Shown: positions 10,001-19,280, counted from the first letter of the stretch. The stretch: 64,000 bases of DNA from an uncultured Nitrososphaerota archaeon (GCA_964416155.1 CAYQCW010000004.1:30658-94657), one strand, 5' to 3'. Notes: generated by a model from the letters alone, not told the origin. Numbers and translations are program-made.

Positions 10001-10074
10001 TGCGGCGCCCGGGATTTGAACCCGGGGTTCCCAGCTTGGGGGGCTGGTGTCATACCAGGCTAGACCAGCGCCGC
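10001..10074 (-). tRNA. tRNA-Gly(CCC), with C at position 33
   Basis: Cloverleaf GCGGCGC...GCGCCGC-A, anticodon arm CCAGC-CCCCCAA-GCTGG, T-loop TTCAAAT. Confidence 0.92.
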
Positions 10075-10277
10075 GGTACCAGAGGTAAAACAGGTTGGAT
10101 GGTTAAAAGTTTTATCCCCCGTGGCGTCATGCTGCTGGGAAAGTATTACGCATTTTATTAAACAGTTTTAACCGGCGGTGCAAGTAGAGGCGTCTTTTGA
10201 ACAAGACTTATCTTTAAGTCCCTACCTGTGTTCCCAATGGGAAAGCTTAAAAGCCTCTGTTTTCAAATACTCCTAAC

Positions 10278-10349
10278 GCGGTGGAAGACGATGAATTCTC
10301 TGGCCTTTGAGCCGTGTGCTCGTGATCTTGAGTTATGAGCTTCCACCGT
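10278..10349 (+). ncRNA. Candidate structured RNA (terminal stem, degenerate C/D-like boxes)
   Basis: CGGTGGAAG (10279-87) pairs with CTTCCACCG (10340-48), enclosing 52 nt that begin ACGATGA and end ATGAG. Confidence 0.3.
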
Positions 10350-10366
10350 AAGGAGGATGTTTAAGA

Positions 10367-11308
10367 TTGAGCCTTGCTGAACCCGTTGGTGCCCCGCTGA
10401 AGGTTTCAGACGTCTCCTTCAAAAAGGGTGAGCACACGCTGCTTTCGAAAGCAAGCTTCGTCTTGGATAGTGCTGAAATACTCGGGATTGTTTCGAACAG
10501 GACTGAGCCCGTCGAATGCCTTTTCAAACTCCTGCTTCTCCTAGAGAGGCCTTCCTCAGGAAGCGTAATATACTTTAACAACCTGAGATTCAGCAGAAGG
10601 GATTTCAGCAGGAGGGTTGGGTTCTACTCCTGCACCATGAATCTGGTTGAAGACTTAACGGTCATGGAGAATTTTCTCCTAACTGCTTCCCTGCACGGCA
10701 TGCCTAGGGAGAAGTCTGCTAAAAGGATTGAGGAGCTGCTCTCTCTCTTCGAAGCAGCCAACTTTTCAAGGGTTAAATGGTCTAGGCTTTCCCTCTCCCT
10801 CAGGAGGAAGCTCTGCTTCGCCTCAGCATTCATCCACGACCCAGGCGTGATTCTTCTCTACGACCCCTTCAGGGGAGCGACGTACGACGTCGCCTCCTTC
10901 ATGCGGAACTTCATAAAAACCTCGACGGACCTAGGTAAGTCCGTGATAGTGTTCTCAACAGTACCCATTCTCCTAGACGATATTTGCGACAGGATAATTA
11001 TCTTCCACAACGGGCAGCAAGCCGTCCTAGACCATACTGAGAGCTTCGTCACCGGTGTCAGCGGCCCGGGGACGCTTTCAATACATGTTTCAGGCTTCAG
11101 CATTGAAAGCAACATTGGAATGCTTGAGAAAATGGGTGTAAGCTGGTATGCGACGGGTGAGAAAGAGGCGATAATAGAGCTTGAAAACACTCCGGAGAAA
11201 ATACAGAGGACGCTGGAGTTCTTGGTTAAGAACAACGCTTCTGTGAACAAGATAGTTAGCAGCAGGCAGCACCTGCTTGAGTCTGCTAACAGGTTTATGG
11301 AGGAGTGA
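10367..11308 (+). CDS. ABC-type ATP-binding subunit with degenerate catalytic motifs
   Basis: ABC fold recognisable (LTVMENF, AFIHDP, ICDRIII) but Walker A, signature, Walker B and H-loop are substituted. Confidence 0.8.
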   Translation: MSLAEPVGAPLKVSDVSFKKGEHTLLSKASFVLDSAEILGIVSNRTEPVECLFKLLLLLERPSSGSVIYFNNLRFSRRDFSRRVGFYSCTMNLVEDLTVMENFLLTASLHGMPREKSAKRIEELLSLFEAANFSRVKWSRLSLSLRRKLCFASAFIHDPGVILLYDPFRGATYDVASFMRNFIKTSTDLGKSVIVFSTVPILLDDICDRIIIFHNGQQAVLDHTESFVTGVSGPGTLSIHVSGFSIESNIGMLEKMGVSWYATGEKEAIIELENTPEKIQRTLEFLVKNNASVNKIVSSRQHLLESANRFMEE

Positions 11309-11314
11309 CACGCC

Positions 11315-11980
11315 TTGGCAAGCCTGATTGACCGGGAGCTGAAGTTCTTCTTAACCTCGCCACTCTTTATGGTCTTGGAGCTTGTTCCAGCAGCATCGGT
11401 CGCCTATGTTATACTGTATTCCGGTTTCTTCAAATCCGTTATTCCTTTTATTACAATAATATGGATAATGATAGTTCTCTTCTCAACCTTTTTCGAGCTC
11501 GAGGTCTGGCGTGGGAATTTTTTAAATAGGGGTTTCAAGTTGAAACTTTATGTTAACACTTCCGAGTACAAACCCTTCTTAGCCCACTCCTTGGCTTCCC
11601 TTATTCTCCTAGAGCTTAAAACACTTATAGCACTTTTAGTAATTCTAGTGCCTTTACAGGCTCCGCCTTCTATTGAGATAGGGTTCTTTGTTTTAGCGAC
11701 GCATGCTTTCTGGCTTTTCGCATTATCCGTCGGATACGTTGTTTCTAAAGAAGTTTTAAGGAGGTCTTCGAGCTTAACTGCATTTTTCATATACATGCTT
11801 ATTTTCAGCGCAGTGACGTTTAGCATGCCTATTCAGCAATCTGATCAAACACTTTCACTTTTCGGTTTAAGACTTGATACATTCACATTAATCTTTCTGT
11901 TCGTTTCACTGCTGCTTTACGTCTTAGCCTTATATGCTTGCTCGGTGGAAGCCAGGAATATTCGTATCGACGATTTTTAG
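11315..11980 (+). CDS. Multi-pass membrane protein, ABC-2-like permease
   Basis: About six hydrophobic segments; 6 nt after the ABC ATPase. Confidence 0.65.
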   Translation: MASLIDRELKFFLTSPLFMVLELVPAASVAYVILYSGFFKSVIPFITIIWIMIVLFSTFFELEVWRGNFLNRGFKLKLYVNTSEYKPFLAHSLASLILLELKTLIALLVILVPLQAPPSIEIGFFVLATHAFWLFALSVGYVVSKEVLRRSSSLTAFFIYMLIFSAVTFSMPIQQSDQTLSLFGLRLDTFTLIFLFVSLLLYVLALYACSVEARNIRIDDF

Positions 11981-11993
11981 CCTGCTTAAGGGG

Positions 11994-12173
11994 AAAGGTT
12001 AATATAGGCCTCCCAGTGGGCACACTGCTTAGGAGGTGCGCTGAGTGTACCATAGTATTCACGCTCCAAGGGGGCGGGACACCGTCCACCAACTGCAGAG
12101 GCCCCGCTGCAAGCCCAGCCTCCGCTAGGGAAACAAGGGTTTTCAACAGGCTGTTTGCAAGAGGTGTTTTAAA
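11994..12173 (+). promoter_or_regulatory. ilvBNCD promoter and long conserved leader
   Basis: AAAGGTTAATATAG promoter, GCTTAGGAGGTG (12027-38), ACGCTCCAAGGGGGCGGGAC (12061-80); mirrored upstream of leuA. Confidence 0.75.
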
Positions 12174-13847
12174 ATGGTTTCAGGGTCAAGACTACTGGTG
12201 GAGAGGCTGAGGGAGAACGGGGTTAAAACCATCTTCGGAGTGCCTGGCGGTGCGGTGCTCCCGTTCCTGGACGAGCTGTATAAGGCGAACGACATAGAGT
12301 TCATTCTGACTAGGCATGAGCAGGGTGCTGCCCACATGGCTGACGGTTATGCTAGGGCAACCGGCAGAATCGGCGTAGTCCTAACCACATCCGGCCCCGG
12401 TGCAACTAATCTTGCAACAGGCATTGCCAACGCCTACTTGGATTCCACACCGGTTTTAAGCATAGCCGGCCAGGTTGCGACGCCGCTCATAGGCTACGAC
12501 GGTTTCCAGGAGGCTAATATTTTCTCCATGATGATAGGGTTGACTAAGATGAACTTTCTACCCAGGGATTTGAACGAGCTTAACTCCGCCCTTGAAAACG
12601 CTTTTAAAATAGCCTTATCCGGAAGACCGGGGCCTGTTCACATAGATGTTCCTAGGGATGTTCAGCTGATGGAGGGTGAGCCAGACGATGATTTCTACGT
12701 TTACTCTTATACTCCTCTCTCTCCTTCAGACGAGGAGATTCTAACAGCCTCAAGGATGCTGGTTGAGGCTGAGAGGCCTGTTATCATCGCCGGGGGAGGA
12801 GTAATAATGTCAGGCGCGCACAGCGAGCTTATTGCTCTCGCCGAGCTTCTAAACGCTCCCGTGGCGACGACGCTGATGGGTAAGGGAAGTATTCCTGAGG
12901 ACCACCCGTTGTCCCTGGGGATGCTTGGGATGCATGGGAGGCTCGGCGCGATCAAGGCTGTTCAGGAGAGCGACCTGGTTCTCGCCGTAGGCATGAGGTT
13001 CAGCGACAGGACTACGGGTAAGCTAAGCGGCTTCGCGCCGGGGGCTAGGAAGATACATGTTGACATAGATAGGTCTGAAATCGGGAAGCTGCTTAAGCCC
13101 GAGCTTGGTATCGCCGGGGACGCTAAACAGGTTTTAAACAGGATTCGCGAAGCTGTTCTCAGGCTTTTCCAGAAGGATAAGGCTGGCACATGGGGTGAAA
13201 GAGTGAAGCAGCTCAGGAAGGAGTCTGAATTTCTTTACGATTACGATGCTGTCCCAGTTGATCCGAGTGCCGCCGTTAGGGTTCTCAGCGACTACGTTAG
13301 GCCTGAAGACTTTGTGACGACTGAGGTTGGCCAGTGTCAGATGTATGCTTCGCTTCACTTCACAGCTAGGCGTCCAAGGCAGTTCATATCCTCCGGCGGC
13401 CTGGGGACAATGGGATTCGGGCTTCCGGCTGCAATCGGGGTTAAGGCGGCCTTCCCGGGGAGCCGTGTTTTCGACATAGCTGGGGACGGCAGCTTCTTCA
13501 TGACTTGCAACCAGCTTCCTGTTTCAGTCGACTATAATCTACCGATCATAGTCATGGTTCTCAACAATTATTTCCTGGGGATGGTGAGGCAGTGGCAGGA
13601 GCTCTTCTACGGCAGAAGGTATATTGCCGTGGACTTGAAGGGTAGGGCTGACATAACTAGGGTTTCAGAGGGTTTCGGCGCCAGAGGGTTTAAGGCGACG
13701 AGGATAAGCGAGCTTAAAGACGCTCTTGAAACCGCTTTAAAACAGGATGAGACGACTGTGCTCGACGTTATTGTCGAGAGGGAGGACAATGTTTTCCCAA
13801 TGGTTCCCCCGGCTTCCCCGCTTGACAGCGTTATCGTAAGGAGGTAG
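12174..13847 (+). CDS. ilvB: Acetolactate synthase large subunit
   Basis: FGVPGG, RHEQGAAHMADGYAR, TSGPGATN, GLGTMGFGLPAAIG, GDGSF...NN TPP motif. Confidence 0.97.
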   Translation: MVSGSRLLVERLRENGVKTIFGVPGGAVLPFLDELYKANDIEFILTRHEQGAAHMADGYARATGRIGVVLTTSGPGATNLATGIANAYLDSTPVLSIAGQVATPLIGYDGFQEANIFSMMIGLTKMNFLPRDLNELNSALENAFKIALSGRPGPVHIDVPRDVQLMEGEPDDDFYVYSYTPLSPSDEEILTASRMLVEAERPVIIAGGGVIMSGAHSELIALAELLNAPVATTLMGKGSIPEDHPLSLGMLGMHGRLGAIKAVQESDLVLAVGMRFSDRTTGKLSGFAPGARKIHVDIDRSEIGKLLKPELGIAGDAKQVLNRIREAVLRLFQKDKAGTWGERVKQLRKESEFLYDYDAVPVDPSAAVRVLSDYVRPEDFVTTEVGQCQMYASLHFTARRPRQFISSGGLGTMGFGLPAAIGVKAAFPGSRVFDIAGDGSFFMTCNQLPVSVDYNLPIIVMVLNNYFLGMVRQWQELFYGRRYIAVDLKGRADITRVSEGFGARGFKATRISELKDALETALKQDETTVLDVIVEREDNVFPMVPPASPLDSVIVRR

Positions 13848-13853
13848 GGTGAG

Positions 13854-14342
13854 ATGGCTTCCGACGAGAATAAGAGGTTCATCGTGCTCAGGGTTATCAA
13901 CATGCCTGGGGTGATGGAGCGGATATCCTCAATATTCGCGAGGAGGGCGATAAACATTGACACGATTACAGTCGGCATGGTGAACGGGAGGACTTCGGAG
14001 ATATCGCTGACCTTCAGCCTGCCTGAGGAGAAGTTTGAAAACATAGTGAAGGTTCTTGGGAAAAACCCCTGTGTCTCCGAGGTTAAGATAGGTTCTCTCG
14101 AGTACGACGTGATAAGGGAGGCATTCGTAGCTGTTCTGAAGGATTGCGACACGAGTGTGAGCGACTATATTAGGGTCAGGTACAGGGCTAGGACAACCCT
14201 GCTGAGCGGCTCCAGGCTTCTAGTTGAGCTCCTGGCCGATCCCAGGATGGTTGACGATTTCAAGGAGGAGTTTAAAGACCGTATTGAAAGCTTTTCGAGG
14301 AGCGGCGTGATGATTCACACTCTGAACCGTTTCAGAAAGTAA
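13854..14342 (+). CDS. ilvN: Acetolactate synthase regulatory (ACT) subunit
   Basis: NMPGVMERISSIFARRAINIDTI ACT motif, directly after ilvB. Confidence 0.9.
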   Translation: MASDENKRFIVLRVINMPGVMERISSIFARRAINIDTITVGMVNGRTSEISLTFSLPEEKFENIVKVLGKNPCVSEVKIGSLEYDVIREAFVAVLKDCDTSVSDYIRVRYRARTTLLSGSRLLVELLADPRMVDDFKEEFKDRIESFSRSGVMIHTLNRFRK

Positions 14343-14385
14343 AAAGCTTAAAAGAAAAGTGGCCGTGGAGTAGGGGTGACTGAGG

Positions 14386-15369
14386 ATGGCTAGGATAATA
14401 AGGGATGGTGAGATAAGCATTGAGCTGATTAAGAATAAGACTGTAGCCGTGATAGGCTACGGCTCGCAGGGTGAGGCACAGGCTAAGAACATTAGGGACA
14501 GCGGCGTTAAGACGATAATAGGCTTGAGAAGAGAGGGCGCTTCATGGAAAAAGGCCTCTGAAGACGGTTTCGAAGTCTACGAGATAGGTGAGGCCGTTAA
14601 GAGGAGCAGCATTATTCTCATGCTCATCCCGGATCCTGCTCAGCCGGCTGTCTACAGGGATCACGTTGAGCCGAATGTTTCCAAGGGTTCGACACTGGTT
14701 TTCGCGCATGCTTTCAACATTCACTACAGGCAGATAGTTCCCTCCCCTTGGCTCAACGTCGTCCTCGTGGCTCCTAAGGCGCCTGGCCCTGCGTTAAGGG
14801 ACGCGTATGTTCGCGGAACCGGGGTTCCGGGCTTAATAGCTGTCCACCAGGATTACACTGGGGACGCCTCGAAAACAGTCAGAGAGGTTGCGAAGGCTGT
14901 GGGGCTGAGCAGAATCGGCTTGATAGAGACATCTTTCAAGGAGGAGGTTGAGACGGATCTTTTCGGCGAGCAGGCTGTGCTGTGCGGCGGGGTATCGTCG
15001 CTTATTAAAAGCGGCTTCGAAACCCTTGTTGAAGCAGGATACCAGCCTGAGGTGGCGTACTTCGAGGTTTTAAACGAGCTGAAGCTTATCGTCGACCTGA
15101 TATGGTCTAAAGGCCTATCCGGCATGTGGCAGTCTGTTAGCGACACTGCTAAGTACGGCGGTCTTACGCGCGGCCCCTATCTTATAGATGAGGATGTTAA
15201 GAGGAAGATGAGGAAGCTCCTTGAAGACGTTCAGACGGGTGTTTTCGCAAGGGAATGGATACTGGAGAACAGCTCCAATCAGGTTGTTTTGAAGACACTT
15301 GTTGAAAGGGAGGGAAACCACCTGATAGAGACCGTTGGAAGGAAAATAAGGTCGATGGTGTACGGTTGA
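14386..15369 (+). CDS. ilvC: Ketol-acid reductoisomerase
   Basis: GYGSQG, VAPKAPG, ETDLFGEQAVLCGG, SDTAKYG. Confidence 0.97.
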   Translation: MARIIRDGEISIELIKNKTVAVIGYGSQGEAQAKNIRDSGVKTIIGLRREGASWKKASEDGFEVYEIGEAVKRSSIILMLIPDPAQPAVYRDHVEPNVSKGSTLVFAHAFNIHYRQIVPSPWLNVVLVAPKAPGPALRDAYVRGTGVPGLIAVHQDYTGDASKTVREVAKAVGLSRIGLIETSFKEEVETDLFGEQAVLCGGVSSLIKSGFETLVEAGYQPEVAYFEVLNELKLIVDLIWSKGLSGMWQSVSDTAKYGGLTRGPYLIDEDVKRKMRKLLEDVQTGVFAREWILENSSNQVVLKTLVEREGNHLIETVGRKIRSMVYG

Positions 15370-15376
15370 GAAAGGC

Positions 15377-17011
15377 TTGATGAGGAGCGACGCTGTAAAG
15401 AAGGGTGTGGACAGGGCTCCGCACAGGTCTCTGCTCCACGCCTTGGGCTTGAGGAGCGAGGACTTCGACAAGCCTTTCATAGGCGTGGTCAACTCCTACA
15501 CCAACGTTGTGCCGGGGCATGTTCACCTCGACATGATTGCGGAGAAAGTTTCCGAAGGCGTTAGAGACGGGGGCGGAGTGCCTTTCGTCTTCAACACGAT
15601 TGCTGTCTGCGACGGTATTGCTATGAACCACGATGGAATGAGGTTTTCACTGCCTAGTAGAGAGGTTATTGCAGACTCGGTTGAGATAATGGTTTCAGCA
15701 CACATGTTCGACGCCCTTGTCTTCATATCCTCGTGCGACAAGATTGTCCCCGGCCACCTGCTGGCGGCAGCAAGGCTGAACCTTCCATCCATATTCGTTA
15801 CAGGCGGCCCCATGTATCCAGGGGTTTTCAAGGGGAGGAGGGTGGACCTTGTTTCAGTCTTCGAGGCCCTCGGCGAGTACCGTGAGAGGAGGATTACGCT
15901 TGAGGAGCTGAGGGAGTTTGAACGGGTCGCCTGCCCGGGTGCCGGGAGCTGCGCCGGCCTGTTCACCGCGAACACTATGGCCTGCCTTGTCGAGGCAATG
16001 GGCATGTCGCTTCCAGGCATGGCTGCTACTCACGCTGAGGACGATGCTAAGAAGACTCTCGCATACGAGTCTGGAAGAAGGATAGTCGGGCTCTGGAGGG
16101 AGGGCTTAAGGTTCAAGGATATTGTTAAGCCTGAAAGCCTTGTTAACGCGATAATTGTCGACAATGCTCTCGGAGGCTCCACTAACACTGTTCTCCACCT
16201 GAATGCTCTCGCTAAGGAGGCTGGCTACGATCTTTCGCTGAAGATTTTCGACGAGCTGAGCAGGAGGATACCCACGCTGGTTATGATAAGGCCGTCTGGA
16301 GAAGGATTCATGGTTGACTTATGCAACGCGGGCGGAATCCCCTCGCTTATGAGAACCCTTAGAAAACATCTTAACTTGGATGTTCTTACTATTACCGGTA
16401 GACGCCTCAGGGAGCTTGTTGAAGGGTTTCCGGACCCGAGGGGCACGTTCATACGTTCCCCGGATAACCCGTACAGGGGGGAAGGAGGCATAGCGGTGCT
16501 ATGGGGATCATTGGCGCCGGAGGGTGCTGTGATTAAGCTCGCCGGGACGCCTGTTCAGCTTAGAACGTTCAGAGGCAGGGCTAGGGTTTTCAACTCTGAG
16601 GAGGAGGCTGTTGAAGCGCTTGAAAAGGAGGATTTCACGGTGGACACTGTGGTTGTCGTGCGCTACGAGGGGCTTCTAGGCGGACCCGGGATGCGTGAAA
16701 TGCTCATGCCCACCTCGCTCATAGTCGGCAGGAAGCTTGTTGAAAGGGTTGCGCTGGTCACTGACGGAAGGTTCTCAGGCGGCACGAAGGGTATTGCGAT
16801 AGGCCATGTTTCTCCAGAGGCTTACGCGGGAGGACCCATAGCGCTCGTGGAGGATGGTGACGAGATACTTGTAGATGTGTCGGGCAGGAGGCTGGACCTG
16901 CTTGTCGACAGTGATGAGCTTGAAGAAAGAAGGCGGAAATGGGCTCCGCCGGCTAAGAGGCTTGAAAGCCGGTTCCTAGCTAAGCTGAGGGGAAACAGGT
17001 TTTTCACCTAG
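15377..17011 (+). CDS. ilvD: Dihydroxy-acid dehydratase
   Basis: PGHVHL, CDGIAM, SCDKIVPG, GGSTN, GGPGMREM, TDGRFSGG. Confidence 0.97.
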   Translation: MMRSDAVKKGVDRAPHRSLLHALGLRSEDFDKPFIGVVNSYTNVVPGHVHLDMIAEKVSEGVRDGGGVPFVFNTIAVCDGIAMNHDGMRFSLPSREVIADSVEIMVSAHMFDALVFISSCDKIVPGHLLAAARLNLPSIFVTGGPMYPGVFKGRRVDLVSVFEALGEYRERRITLEELREFERVACPGAGSCAGLFTANTMACLVEAMGMSLPGMAATHAEDDAKKTLAYESGRRIVGLWREGLRFKDIVKPESLVNAIIVDNALGGSTNTVLHLNALAKEAGYDLSLKIFDELSRRIPTLVMIRPSGEGFMVDLCNAGGIPSLMRTLRKHLNLDVLTITGRRLRELVEGFPDPRGTFIRSPDNPYRGEGGIAVLWGSLAPEGAVIKLAGTPVQLRTFRGRARVFNSEEEAVEALEKEDFTVDTVVVVRYEGLLGGPGMREMLMPTSLIVGRKLVERVALVTDGRFSGGTKGIAIGHVSPEAYAGGPIALVEDGDEILVDVSGRRLDLLVDSDELEERRRKWAPPAKRLESRFLAKLRGNRFFT

Positions 17012-17014
17012 CCA

Positions 17015-18031
17015 ATGTCTACACCATGCTCCGAGGGTTTTTCGGTTAAGCTGGACCGTTTCGCAACCATTCGCCTCAGGGAAGGGGAAACGCTTCTGAA
17101 AACAGGCTTAGACGAGGCTTTAAACTATCTTTTCATATCTCACGCTCACTTCGACCATCTGGTTAAGTCTGACGCTAAGAGAGCAATGGCAGTATGCTCG
17201 GAGGAGACTCTTCTGCTTTCAACGCTCAGAGGGCTTGAAGTAAATCGTGCTGAGCAGAACCGTTTTACCCTTCTCGACTCAGGCCATATCCTTGGGTCTA
17301 AAGCCCTGCTCATAGAAACCGATAAGGGTGGAATACTGTACACTGGGGATGTTAACACTTCGCCGGTTGAAGGCATACCTAGGCAACGCTTCCCCCGGGT
17401 TCACACGCTGATAATAGAGTCTAACTACGGTCGCCCCAGCCTGGTTTTCCCTCCTAGGAGACAGCTGATAGGGGAGATTGTTGACTACGTGAGTGAAACA
17501 GTTAAGAGGGGTAGGCCCATGGTTCTAATGGGGTATCCGCTGGGGAAGTCTCAGCATGTTCAAATGGTTCTGGACACTGTCCTCCAAAGCGTTGTCGAAA
17601 CATACGTTTCACCATCCATAGCGGAGTATAACAACGTTTACAGGCTTTTCTCAGTGGGAATAGGGGGGAAGAAAGTTTTCACGCCTCAGTCCCCGGAGCT
17701 GCCGGATGGCTCTTGGGCTCTCTACTATCCCAATGTCTCAGGCAGGAATGCTTTCATGCAGCTCGTCAAGAGGAAGTATGACGCTGTCTCCATAAGCTTC
17801 TCAGGCAGGTCGCTTTTCAACTGGTATAGTGAGACGCTGGGTGTGGACAAGGCTTTCCCCTTGAGCGACCATGCTGATTTCAACGGCCTGATGGAGGTCG
17901 TGAGGGAAACCTGTCCGGAGAAGGTTTTCACAGTCCACGGTTTCCCGGAGGAGTTTTCAAGGGAGCTTAGGAGGCTCGGCTACGATTCTAAACCATTACG
18001 TCCAAGCATGGAGGCCAGCTTCAGGCTTTAG
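17015..18031 (+). CDS. MBL-fold (beta-CASP-like) hydrolase/nuclease
   Basis: HAHFDH, GHILGS, YTGD, ESNYG, SDHAD motifs. Confidence 0.85.
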   Translation: MSTPCSEGFSVKLDRFATIRLREGETLLKTGLDEALNYLFISHAHFDHLVKSDAKRAMAVCSEETLLLSTLRGLEVNRAEQNRFTLLDSGHILGSKALLIETDKGGILYTGDVNTSPVEGIPRQRFPRVHTLIIESNYGRPSLVFPPRRQLIGEIVDYVSETVKRGRPMVLMGYPLGKSQHVQMVLDTVLQSVVETYVSPSIAEYNNVYRLFSVGIGGKKVFTPQSPELPDGSWALYYPNVSGRNAFMQLVKRKYDAVSISFSGRSLFNWYSETLGVDKAFPLSDHADFNGLMEVVRETCPEKVFTVHGFPEEFSRELRRLGYDSKPLRPSMEASFRL

Positions 18032-18038
18032 AGGATTT

Positions 18039-19164
18039 TCACGGTTTACGGATGAAAACAACATACTCGTCTGCATAACCGATCTTGACAACCCGGTCCC
18101 TGGTTGCAACCCTCCTGTTAACCAGCCAGAGCATCTCGGTTTCGAAACCGGTTTCCTCAGCTATTTCAACGAATGTTTCCTCTGTTTTTACAACGCCGGT
18201 CGGGAAAACTCCTTGAGCTATGACGAAAACACCCACCCCGTTCTTTTTGAGAACACGGTGCAGCTCAGATAAAACCCTGCGGAGATCTTGGAAGTAGGCT
18301 TCAACTATCGCAGGCATGTTTCCAACGTTTTCAGAACCCTCTGTGAGCCTAACGGCGTCGCCTATGTATGAGCGCAGCATGGGCTCGGAGCCCTTGAAGA
18401 AAAGCTCGTTTTCAACGCTGTAAACCCTAGTGTACTCTATCTTGTTCAAGTAGGGTGGTGAAGTGGTGACCGCGTCGAACGTCTCCTCCCCCAAGAACCC
18501 TAGGTTTCTCGAGTCAGCTTGGTAAGTCGCCACCTTAGGGTTAAGCATTCTGGTGGCTTCAACATCCTTAATCATCCTCCTAATCCTGTTTCTATAGAAC
18601 TTTCTGAAAGGCGGCACGTTTCTCTCCTTAACTATTCTAATGAGGCCGCCGTCCTTCACGACGTAGGATGCTTTCATAGCGGTGCTTACTAAGCCTAGTT
18701 TGAAGAAGCCTTTCACGGCCTCGTCCTCAATGTTTTCAACGATCTCTCTGAAGAACAGTACGTCCTCCAGAACATGCCTCGGGAAGGCTCTTCTAACAAG
18801 CCTGCTCAAGCCTCCTAAGCTGGGCCTCCTGAACTTTTCTGAGAAAACCTTTTCGAAAACTCTTCTCAGTTGCTCAACATCGTAGTTGGCGGTCTTAACC
18901 CTGGAGGCGAAAACAGGGAGCTCAGCCACGTCGACGCCGACGGTGTTTATTCCAAGCTCCTTCCCCGTGAGCTGGGTTGTGCCAACGCCGCAGAACGGGT
19001 CCAGCACCCAGGAGCCTTCTCCAAGTCCCAGCCGCCTGCTCACGAGGGCTACGAAGTCGCGAGAAAAGCCTTCCTTATAGAAAAAACCAATTATGTATTG
19101 GAATACGCTTGTTGGGCACGAATGTGACGAGCCTTCCGAGTTCCAGCCTCTCCTCTATATTCAT
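18039..19164 (-). pseudogene. Orphan amino-type DNA methyltransferase interrupted by one extra T near its 5' end
   Basis: DPFCGVGTT and TSPPY motifs; upstream ATG at 19164 gives ...IHNWFF, joining YKEGFSRDF only if the T6 run (19081-86) is T5; span 1126 nt = 3n+1. Confidence 0.8.
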
Positions 19165-19280
19165 GACGGCTCTTCTAAAAAATACTTGTTTCCGGGGCTT
19201 TTAAGTTTTCCGAGAGGTTTTCCGGAAACGCCTTATGTAACCCTTATTAGCCGGTTTCCACATGTTCATCCGGTTTAGGG

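Noticed and set aside
12027-12120. Resemblance of GGAGGTGCGCTGAG to the TPP riboswitch 5' half (IlvB uses TPP)
   Set aside because: The 3' core (CCTGAT...GCGTAGGGA) is absent and the leuA copy lacks CTGAG.
11938-12210. 90-aa ORF spanning the ilv leader
   Set aside because: Overlaps both flanking genes and the promoter; no coding signature.
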